Shown: positions 57,098 through 64,000 of the stretch, piece after piece
How the letters are laid out: each line of letters starts with the position of its first letter
Position numbering within the stretch: position 1 is the first letter of the stretch
Origin: Alphaproteobacteria bacterium
GTDB lineage: Bacteria > Pseudomonadota > Alphaproteobacteria > CBDDJK01
Assembly: GCA_965229675.1 (NCBI GenBank)
Contig: OZ245897.1
Span: 1,185,127 to 1,249,126, forward strand
Reading direction: 5' to 3'
Length of the DNA stretch: 64,000 nucleotides
Made by a program: the position numbers and the translations under genes
Notes under the pieces: model-generated
What the model saw: the letters and a program-made list of their open reading frames with translations, nothing else
Databases searched by the model: none
Told to the model about the DNA's origin: nothing

Positions 57098-57543
57098 GCG
57101 ATTTTGCTTTGCGCTTCAATTGCCGTGCGTGCCAATTGATCAACCCGTTCATTTTCTGCATGTCCTGCATGGCCTTTGACCCATCGCCATTCGATCTGAT
57201 GCTGCTGGTTAAGCGCATCCAACCGCTGCCACAGATCAATATTTTTAACAGGCTTCTTATTGGCAGTTTTCCAGTTTTTTGCCTTCCATTGCGCCAACCA
57301 TTGGGTAATGCCCTGTTCAACATAACGGCTATCTGTCCATAAAGTAACATCACTTGCCCATTTTAATTGGCTTAAAGCTTCAATCGCGGCCAATAATTCC
57401 ATTCGATTATTAGTCGTCATGGGTTCTGCGCCTGATAATTCGCGCTCAACCCCTTTGAACCGTAATAATGCCCCCCAGCCACCAGGCCCTGGATTGCCTG
57501 AACATGCACCGTCAGTATAAATTTCTACGCGCTTTTCTTCCAT
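57094..57543 (-). CDS. rnhA: Ribonuclease HI
   Basis: 149 aa with [20 protein letters not shown] and the DEDD catalytic residues. Confidence 0.9.
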   Translation of the reverse strand: MEEKRVEIYTDGACSGNPGPGGWGALLRFKGVERELSGAEPMTTNNRMELLAAIEALSQLKWASDVTLWTDSRYVEQGITQWLAQWKAKNWKTANKKPVKNIDLWQRLDALNQQHQIEWRWVKGHAGHAENERVDQLARTAIEAQSKIA

Positions 57544-57548
57544 AAGCC

Positions 57549-58547
57549 CTATAATCCATAATCCTGCTTGCCAACAACATGGCGGTGAAACTGTAAATAA
57601 TGGTAAAACACCAACGGGTCATGCGGGGTTACTAACGCATCAGCTGGCGTATTCAACCAATCATAAAGGCGGGTCATCAAAAAACGAAAGGCAGCCCCGC
57701 GTGCAAAAAGGCAAAAATAAGTTTGTTCTGTTTTGGTTAAAGGCCGCATCGATTGATAGCCCTCTATCATCGCTTTAGCTTTGGTTAGGTTGAAGCTGTA
57801 ATCTTTTTCAAAACACCAGCTATTTAGGCAAATTGCCAAATCATAGGCATGAAAATCAGTACAAGCGAAATAAAAATCAATTAGCCCAGAAAGCTGATCT
57901 TTTAAAAAAAATACATTATCAGGAAATAAATCAGCATGGCAGGTGCCAAAAGACAGGTCTGGCTGTTGTTCTGGCCAATGATGCGTAAGATAAGCAATTT
58001 CTTCAACAATCATATCACTGAGCCCTGTTTTGACTGTATTTGCTTTTGAAGCACATTGATCAACCAGCTTTTGCCATCCTTGTGGATTAAGGGCGTTTGG
58101 GCGCATTCCTTCAAAATCTTTGCACGCAAGGTGTAATTGTGCAAGATTACTGCCAAGCTGCCTGCAATGTTCTGCTTGTGGTCGCCTTTTGCAAAGTCCA
58201 TTTAAAAAGCTGGTAAGTAAGGCTTTTCGCCCACCAAGCGATTGCAAATCTTGCCCTTGGCGGTCTTTGATTGGGCGGGGGACTTGAACCCCGCGTTCTG
58301 CCAAATGCTGCATTAAGGCAATGAAAAAGGGTAAATCCTCCTCCTTAACACGCTTTTCATAAAGGGTTAGGATATAATGCTGTTCATTTACACCAGAAGT
58401 TGAGGGCTGTTCAGTGGTAAGCAGGTAATTTGTATTTTCAACCCCCTCGGCAATTCCTTTTGCTGAAACCAGCGTTCCGACTTGGTAGCGGGTTAAAAAA
58501 TCCGCAATTTCTTCCTCCTCCAAAAACGTATAAACGGCCACGCCCAC
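57549..58547 (-). CDS. thrB: Homoserine kinase type II (ThrB, aminoglycoside-phosphotransferase fold)
   Basis: 332 aa APH-fold kinase with a Brenner motif (CHADLFPDN). It lies in the conserved ispH-thrB-rnhA arrangement of Alphaproteobacteria. Confidence 0.75.
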   Translation of the reverse strand: MGVAVYTFLEEEEIADFLTRYQVGTLVSAKGIAEGVENTNYLLTTEQPSTSGVNEQHYILTLYEKRVKEEDLPFFIALMQHLAERGVQVPRPIKDRQGQDLQSLGGRKALLTSFLNGLCKRRPQAEHCRQLGSNLAQLHLACKDFEGMRPNALNPQGWQKLVDQCASKANTVKTGLSDMIVEEIAYLTHHWPEQQPDLSFGTCHADLFPDNVFFLKDQLSGLIDFYFACTDFHAYDLAICLNSWCFEKDYSFNLTKAKAMIEGYQSMRPLTKTEQTYFCLFARGAAFRFLMTRLYDWLNTPADALVTPHDPLVFYHYLQFHRHVVGKQDYGL

Positions 58548-58554
58548 TCATCCT

Positions 58555-59520
58555 TTAAGCAAGAGCAAGTGGCAATTTAAACGATACGGTTTCATCTGGT
58601 CCTTCAAGTTCTTCAATCGTTAAGTTATAACGCTGATGACATGCATCTATGACTTCTTGCACCAGATTTTCAGGCGCAGAAGCCCCCGCCGATAATCCCA
58701 TCACTTTGATCTTTTTTTCAAGTAGCCAATCCCAGTCAATCTCATCAAATTGACGAATAAGTTTCGTATGGCTACACCCTGCTTGCTTTGCAACATCCAC
58801 CAACCGCATGGAATTAGATGAATTGGGTGCACCAACCACAAACACACAGTCACTTTGCTCGGCAAGTCGAACGACTGCCTGCTGGCGATTGGTGGTTGCA
58901 TAACAAATATCTTCATGCTTTGGCCCGCTAATATCAGGAAATTTTGCCTTTAAAGCGGTAATAATATCTGCGGTGTCACTAACCGAAAGAGTCGTTTGTG
59001 TTGCATAGGCAAGCCCTTTTTTAATTACCTCTGGCGGTGGATTGAACGCTTCAACATCATGCACATGCTCAATTAAAGTCATTGCACCTTCAGGCAATTG
59101 TCCCATTGTTCCTTCAACTTCAGGATGGCCGCGATGCCCAATCAAGATAATATGACGCTGCTGGTCATGATGGCGTTCAACCTCGCGATGGACTTTTGAC
59201 ACCAACGGGCATGTTGCATCTAGCCATAACAAATTCCGTGCTTCCGCATCTTGCGGCACCGATTTTGCCACCCCATGTGCTGAAAAAATTACGGGGCAAT
59301 CAGGATCAACCTCCGCCAGATCATCAATGAAGATTGCTCCCTTTTGTTCTAATGCCTGAACAACATGGCGGTTATGAACGATTTCATGGCGAACATAGAC
59401 AGGCTTACCAAATTTAACCAACGCTTGTTCCACAATTTCAATTGCACGAACAACGCCCGCACAAAAGCCACGCGGATTGGCAAGTTTTAATCTCAAATGC
59501 GGTAGGGTAGCAACAACCAT
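58555..59520 (-). CDS. ispH: 4-hydroxy-3-methylbut-2-enyl diphosphate reductase
   Basis: 321 aa with three conserved Cys (FCAGV, ATCPLV, ICYAT) and the IspH/LytB fold. Confidence 0.9.
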   Translation of the reverse strand: MVVATLPHLRLKLANPRGFCAGVVRAIEIVEQALVKFGKPVYVRHEIVHNRHVVQALEQKGAIFIDDLAEVDPDCPVIFSAHGVAKSVPQDAEARNLLWLDATCPLVSKVHREVERHHDQQRHIILIGHRGHPEVEGTMGQLPEGAMTLIEHVHDVEAFNPPPEVIKKGLAYATQTTLSVSDTADIITALKAKFPDISGPKHEDICYATTNRQQAVVRLAEQSDCVFVVGAPNSSNSMRLVDVAKQAGCSHTKLIRQFDEIDWDWLLEKKIKVMGLSAGASAPENLVQEVIDACHQRYNLTIEELEGPDETVSFKLPLALA

Positions 59521-59549
59521 CCCACAATCCTTAATAAGGAAAAATTAAC

Positions 59550-60761
59550 TTATTCAAGCGCATCACAAGCACGCTTTAAGCGCATCATGGCTTCTTCAAG
59601 CATTTCCATTGATACGGCATAGGAAATCCTAAAATAAGGCTCTAATCCAAATGCTGCCCCTTGAACACAGGCCAAGCCTTCCTTCTCTAACAGATAAGTA
59701 ACAACATCTGTGTCATTTGAAAGTTGCTTGCCATCGGGTGTTTTTTTACCAATTAACCCTTCACAGCAAGGATACACATAAAACGCCCCTTGTGGACGGA
59801 TAACGCTTAAGCCCTCCATCTTATTCAGCTGATCAACAACAAAATCGCGCCGTTTTAAGAATTGTTGATTATGGGTTTTGATAAAATCTTGGGTTCCATC
59901 CAAGGCCTCAACCGCTGCAAATTGCGCAAAAGTGGTTGCGGAAGTCACCGATTGTGAATTAAGCGTTGTCATGGCTTTAATCAGCGCACGATCCCCCGCC
60001 GCATAACCAAGTCGCCAACCTGTCATGCAATAGGCTTTGGCAAATCCATTTAAGGTTAATGTGCGTGATTTTAATTCTGGAACAACCTCAGCCAATGTTG
60101 AAAAGCGAAACCCATCATAGACCACATGCTCATAAATATCATCGCTTAAAATCCGCACATGGCTATATTCAGATTTCAAAAGAACCTGACCTAAAGCCTT
60201 AAGCTCTTCTGGTGTATAAGCTGAACCCGTTGGATTACAAGGGGAGTTTAAAACCAACCATTTTGTTTTTGATGTAATCGCATCGCTAAGCTGTTGCGGG
60301 GTGAGTTTAAATTGATTGGCTTCGCTACAGGCTATAAAAACAGGCTCTCCGCCCATCAATAGGGTAATATCTGGGTAGCTAACCCAATAAGGTGCGGGGA
60401 TAATTACCTCGTCTCCAGTTTCAATCGTTGCCATCAATGCGTTAAAAATAATCTGCTTGCCGCCCACCGCAACACAAATTTCATCAGGATCATAATCCAA
60501 ATTATTTTCACGTTTAAATTTATCGGCGATTGCACGGCGAAGCTGGGGGATTCCAGCAGGAGGGGCATAGCGGGTTTTTCCTTGTGCCAAGGCCTCATTT
60601 GCCGCTTTTACAATATGCTCAGGCGTATCAAAATCAGGTTCACCTGCCGCCAACGGGATCACATCCGCACCTTCCGCCTTAAGCTGGTTGGCCTTTGCCG
60701 TAACGGCAACGGTTGGCGACGGTTTAATTCGCCCCATTCGCTGTGCTATAAATTCAGCCAT
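59550..60761 (-). CDS. Class-I PLP aminotransferase (aspartate/aromatic aminotransferase family)
   Basis: 403 aa, GEPDFDTP…, with the Lys region SKSxxxxGxRxG (NGFAKAYCMTGWRLG). Confidence 0.8.
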   Translation of the reverse strand: MAEFIAQRMGRIKPSPTVAVTAKANQLKAEGADVIPLAAGEPDFDTPEHIVKAANEALAQGKTRYAPPAGIPQLRRAIADKFKRENNLDYDPDEICVAVGGKQIIFNALMATIETGDEVIIPAPYWVSYPDITLLMGGEPVFIACSEANQFKLTPQQLSDAITSKTKWLVLNSPCNPTGSAYTPEELKALGQVLLKSEYSHVRILSDDIYEHVVYDGFRFSTLAEVVPELKSRTLTLNGFAKAYCMTGWRLGYAAGDRALIKAMTTLNSQSVTSATTFAQFAAVEALDGTQDFIKTHNQQFLKRRDFVVDQLNKMEGLSVIRPQGAFYVYPCCEGLIGKKTPDGKQLSNDTDVVTYLLEKEGLACVQGAAFGLEPYFRISYAVSMEMLEEAMMRLKRACDALE

Positions 60762-60781
60762 TTTCTTTTGCCCTTTAAAAC

Positions 60782-61798
60782 TTACTGATTAAGATCAACA
60801 ACGACTCTGCCTTGAACCTCACCTTTAAGCAGCTTATTCGCATAATCGGGGGTTTGATCAAGGGAGATTTTTGTTACCATCTCTTCAAGATGGTCTTTTG
60901 GCATCAATTCAGCCAGTCGTTTCCAACAAGCAATGCGGGTTGGGGTTGGACACATCACACTATCAACTCCGATTAGCCTTACCCCCCTTAATAAGAAAGG
61001 TAAAACAGTTCCTGACATTTGATTTCCACCAGCAAGCCCAATGGCGGCAACGGATCCACCATAAACGGTTTGGGCTAACACACGACCAAGCATTTCCCCG
61101 CCAACCGCATCAATCGCACCTGAAAAGGCTTCTTTTTCCAATGGGCGTTTAACAGGTTCGCTAAGGGCTTCGCGGGGAATAATCTCGCTACAACCAAGTT
61201 GCTTTAAATAGGCTTCTGATTGAGGCTTGCCCGTAACCCCCGCAACCTTATAGCCCAAACGTGATAGTAATGATACAGCGAATGAACCAACGCCGCCCGT
61301 TGCGCCCGTAACCAACACGGGAAGCGATGCGCTATTAGGGGATAATCCTTGTTGTTCCAACAAATGAATTGCTAACATCGCAGTAAAGCCTGCCGTCCCA
61401 ACGGTCATGGATTCAAATTCTGATAAGCTTGTTGGCAATGGCACAAGCCATGACCCATCAACACAAGCAAGCTGGCTAAGTCCGCCTTTATGAAATTCCC
61501 CAACGCGCCAACCCGTTAGTACAACCTTATCGCCCGCTTTATAATCTTCATGCGCAGAATCAGTCACTGTGCCGACAAAATCAATCCCGGGAACATGGGG
61601 GTAGGATCGCACCAGCTTCCCAATCCCTTTAATCACCATCCCATCTTTATAATTTAAAGTGGAATAGGCAATCTCAACCCATACAGGCTTGGTAATTCCA
61701 GATTTTTCATGGGGAGATAAAAAATCACGATCAATCGTTTCAATCGCAGAGGAGACTTTTCCATCCTCCGACTCACGCAAAATTAAGGCTTTGGTCAT
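60782..61798 (-). CDS. MDR-superfamily NADPH:quinone/enoyl reductase (YhdH/AcuI-like)
   Basis: 338 aa with a GroES-like N-domain and the Rossmann motif VTGATGGVGSFAV. Confidence 0.75.
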   Translation of the reverse strand: MTKALILRESEDGKVSSAIETIDRDFLSPHEKSGITKPVWVEIAYSTLNYKDGMVIKGIGKLVRSYPHVPGIDFVGTVTDSAHEDYKAGDKVVLTGWRVGEFHKGGLSQLACVDGSWLVPLPTSLSEFESMTVGTAGFTAMLAIHLLEQQGLSPNSASLPVLVTGATGGVGSFAVSLLSRLGYKVAGVTGKPQSEAYLKQLGCSEIIPREALSEPVKRPLEKEAFSGAIDAVGGEMLGRVLAQTVYGGSVAAIGLAGGNQMSGTVLPFLLRGVRLIGVDSVMCPTPTRIACWKRLAELMPKDHLEEMVTKISLDQTPDYANKLLKGEVQGRVVVDLNQ

Positions 61799-61928
61799 TA
61801 TTTTCTTTCTTAAATTTTGATAAAAATTATTAGATCATTCATTAATAATTTAACATTAAATCTCCATTTATATTTTTTCAAGAATAAATAGGAGGTGATT
61901 ATGTGTAATTCTATTAAGCTTTCTTGTT

Positions 61929-64000
61929 TTAAAACTTATTGGAGCGTGGAAAACCAGGGGGGGGCATTCTTCCAGTTTGCGCACGTTTGCCAACATAACC
62001 AATCAGGTTTTTTTCAACGCGTTCGCGCTCACCAATTTTCCAACTCAGCCCATCCTCGTAGGTAAAACATTTCAAATCACTCAAATGACCATCGCGATAT
62101 TTTTGCAAACGCACCCCACGCCCTTTTGTCATCTGTGGCAATTCGGCTAGGGCAAAGATCAATAATTTCCTGCCATTTCCAATGACGGCGATATGATCGC
62201 CAATTGCTTCACGTACACAAGCAAGCTCTGCTCCCTTTGAAAGATTCATAACCTGCCGTCCATTCCTTGTTTGTGCAATCACATCCATTTCATTAACAAT
62301 AAAGCCATAACCATCATCGGAAGCAAGAATAAGCCGTTCGCCTTCTTTTCCTGTAACTGCACGCATAGCAACCAGCGTTTGATCTGCATCAATCTCTACC
62401 ATCAAACGATAAGGTTCCCCCATCCCACGCCCTGATGGGAGTTTATCTGCGGCAAGTGTAAATACACGGCCATTGCTAGCAAATAAAATTAGTTTATCAG
62501 TTGTATAGCACGGAACAACGAATTGGGCGCGATCTCCTTCTTTATATTTAATTTGATCAAGTTCAGTCGCATTTAGATGCGATTTAAAACTGCGGATCCA
62601 GCCCTTCTGTGAACAAATAATTGTAACAGGTTCTTTTTCGATTAAAGCCTCACTTGAAAAATCAACTGTAACATTTTGCGGCAGAACCCGTATTGTGCGG
62701 CGGGCAGATAATTCAGGCTGTTTTTTGTAAAAAGCTTGTATTGCTTTTAATTGATCAGATACTTCCTGCCATTGCAAATTTGGATCATCGGCGGTTTTCA
62801 TCAACTCTTCTAATTCCTCTTGTAACTCTTTACTTTCCTGTTTAAGTGCCATTTCTTCCAATTTGCGCAAGGCGCGTAACCGCATATTTAAAATTGCCTC
62901 CGCTTGCAAATCATCCAATTTAAAGCGTTCCATCAAAACAGGTTTGGGCGAATCTTCTTCACGGATAATCGCAATAACTTCATCCAGATTTAAATGACAG
63001 ATCAAATACCCTTTTAATAAATGCAGGCGTTTTTCAATATGATGTCTGCGATAAGCGATGGCGCGTAATAAAATTTGACGGCGATGATCAACAAATTCTT
63101 GCAAGCAGCGTTTAAGATCAATCAATGCAGGTGCGCGTCCTTCTTCAACCAATACATTCATATTAAGTGAAAATCGGGTTTCCAATTCACTTTGGCGATA
63201 TAAAGCTTCCATCAATAGTTCAGGTTCAACATTGCGTGATTTTGGAATAAGGACAATCCGCACTTGATCGGTGGATTCATCGCGAATATCCTCCAGCAAA
63301 GGATTTTCCTTGCTTAAGGCTAATTCCGCCAAACGTTCCAATAATTTTGACTTTTGTACCTGATAAGGAATTTGATCAATCACCAGTTCATAGCCACCGC
63401 CTTTTAAGCGTTCCACCTGATAATTAGCACGTAGGCGAAAACTTCCCTTTCCCGTGCTATAAGCCTTCAGCAGCGATTCATCATCCTCAACCAATAAGCC
63501 ACCCGTTGGAAAATCTGGCCCTTTAATGAAGTGTAACAGTTTATCAATACCGCAATTAGGATGTTTTATTAAATGTAGGCAGGCCGCCAATAATTCAGGT
63601 AAATTATGGGGTGGAATGTTGGTTGCCATTCCAACTGCAATTCCTGTTGCACCATTGGCAAGCAGATTGGGATAGGCAGCTGGAAGAATTAGTGGCTCTT
63701 CCCCCTCATTATCATAGGTCGGGCGAAAATCAACGGTGTCCTGATCAATGGATTCAAGCAAAAATAATGCAGTTTGGGTCAAGCGCGCTTCGGTGTAACG
63801 CATGGCCGCAGGATTATCACCATCAATATTGCCAAAATTTCCTTGGCCTTCTACCAACGGGTAACGCACCGCAAAATCTTGCGCCAAGCGCACCATTGCA
63901 TCATAAATGGCTTGATCACCATGTGGATGAAATTTCCCCATAACATCGCCAACGATACGGGCGCATTTTTTAAAGCCGCTAGCAGGATCAAGCTTTAATG
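61929..64000 (-). CDS. parC: DNA topoisomerase IV subunit A (type IIA topoisomerase A subunit), N-terminus beyond the window
   Basis: The frame is open to the window edge. It contains GKFHPHGD, the catalytic Tyr region, and a beta-pinwheel C-terminal domain. The projected length of about 750 aa favours ParC over GyrA. Confidence 0.7.
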   Translation of the reverse strand, partial: LKLDPASGFKKCARIVGDVMGKFHPHGDQAIYDAMVRLAQDFAVRYPLVEGQGNFGNIDGDNPAAMRYTEARLTQTALFLLESIDQDTVDFRPTYDNEGEEPLILPAAYPNLLANGATGIAVGMATNIPPHNLPELLAACLHLIKHPNCGIDKLLHFIKGPDFPTGGLLVEDDESLLKAYSTGKGSFRLRANYQVERLKGGGYELVIDQIPYQVQKSKLLERLAELALSKENPLLEDIRDESTDQVRIVLIPKSRNVEPELLMEALYRQSELETRFSLNMNVLVEEGRAPALIDLKRCLQEFVDHRRQILLRAIAYRRHHIEKRLHLLKGYLICHLNLDEVIAIIREEDSPKPVLMERFKLDDLQAEAILNMRLRALRKLEEMALKQESKELQEELEELMKTADDPNLQWQEVSDQLKAIQAFYKKQPELSARRTIRVLPQNVTVDFSSEALIEKEPVTIICSQKGWIRSFKSHLNATELDQIKYKEGDRAQFVVPCYTTDKLILFASNGRVFTLAADKLPSGRGMGEPYRLMVEIDADQTLVAMRAVTGKEGERLILASDDGYGFIVNEMDVIAQTRNGRQVMNLSKGAELACVREAIGDHIAVIGNGRKLLIFALAELPQMTKGRGVRLQKYRDGHLSDLKCFTYEDGLSWKIGERERVEKNLIGYVGKRAQTGRMPPPGFPRSNKF

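Noticed and set aside
61955-61962. G8 homopolymer in the last codons of parC, and a C7 run at 4575-4581 near the rhomboid start
   Set aside because: These encode Pro-Pro-Pro and lie in an unconserved tail (parC), or sit upstream of the preferred start (rhomboid). A phase-variation role is not plausible.
61901-62065. 54-aa plus-strand ORF ([21 protein letters not shown]…) preceded by a perfect AGGAGGTGATT-ATG ribosome-binding site
   Set aside because: It lies antisense to the 3' end of parC, has a low-complexity product and is too short to evaluate. The AGGAGG may simply be the complement of sequence near the parC stop and the promoter of the downstream gene.
1-64000. CRISPR arrays, rRNA genes, integrases or phage genes
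   Set aside because: No regularly spaced short direct repeats and no integrase, recombinase or phage structural-protein signatures were seen in any frame. The only tRNA (Gly-CCC at 17487-17560) has no adjacent mobile element.

Overview
The window is a 64 kb chromosomal segment with an alphaproteobacterial gene repertoire and roughly 40% GC by eye. Genes are tightly packed, with many ATGA or 4-nt start/stop overlaps, and mostly lie on the minus strand up to about 27 kb.

Housekeeping genes I can support from the translations: aldehyde dehydrogenase with a DUF779 partner, recR, sua5/tsaC, a rhomboid protease, azlCD, htpG, metZ, an O-antigen-ligase-like protein, one tRNA-Gly(CCC), truA, metA, radA, lspA, ileS, glmS, rnhA, a type-II homoserine kinase, ispH, and parC (N-terminus beyond the window).

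Structure that the housekeeping genes do not explain:
- A ~2.4 kb insertion (12276-14718) bracketed by 356-bp direct repeats that duplicate the 3' end of an alpha/beta-hydrolase gene. It carries an autotransporter whose signal-peptide region contains a G9 homopolymer that currently puts the gene out of frame (candidate phase variation), plus a divergent 190-aa ParB/Srx-like ORF.
- A Na+/Ca2+-exchanger (CaCA) protein fused at its C-terminus to a PCu(A)C copper-chaperone domain.
- An orphan MotA/MotB-like (stator/Zorya-like) pair, both with coiled-coil extensions, and no flagellar, Tol, Ton or ZorCD partners nearby.
- An lmdC-like M23 peptidase and bactofilin operon.
- A decayed accessory patch directly after glmS: an IS1595-family transposase 3' remnant, a secreted Sel1-repeat protein built on 108-bp tandem repeats, and a BamHI-like restriction-endonuclease fragment.
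- A quaternary-amine (proline-betaine or hydroxyproline-betaine type) catabolic cluster: Rieske oxygenase, CMD-family protein, RpiR regulator, a DMGDH-like protein, two tandem MR/MLE enolases and a class-III aminotransferase. A non-Pyl MttB methyltransferase and mmsA lie nearby.
- A lone Caulobacter-type flagellin preceded by a 1.1 kb AT-rich non-coding region.
- A DUF3429-FAD oxidoreductase-SDR-photolyase operon.
- An RpoH (sigma-32) type promoter in front of htpG, and a candidate 40-aa lipoprotein ORF between radA and a single-domain response regulator.

No CRISPR array, rRNA or intact transposon was seen.
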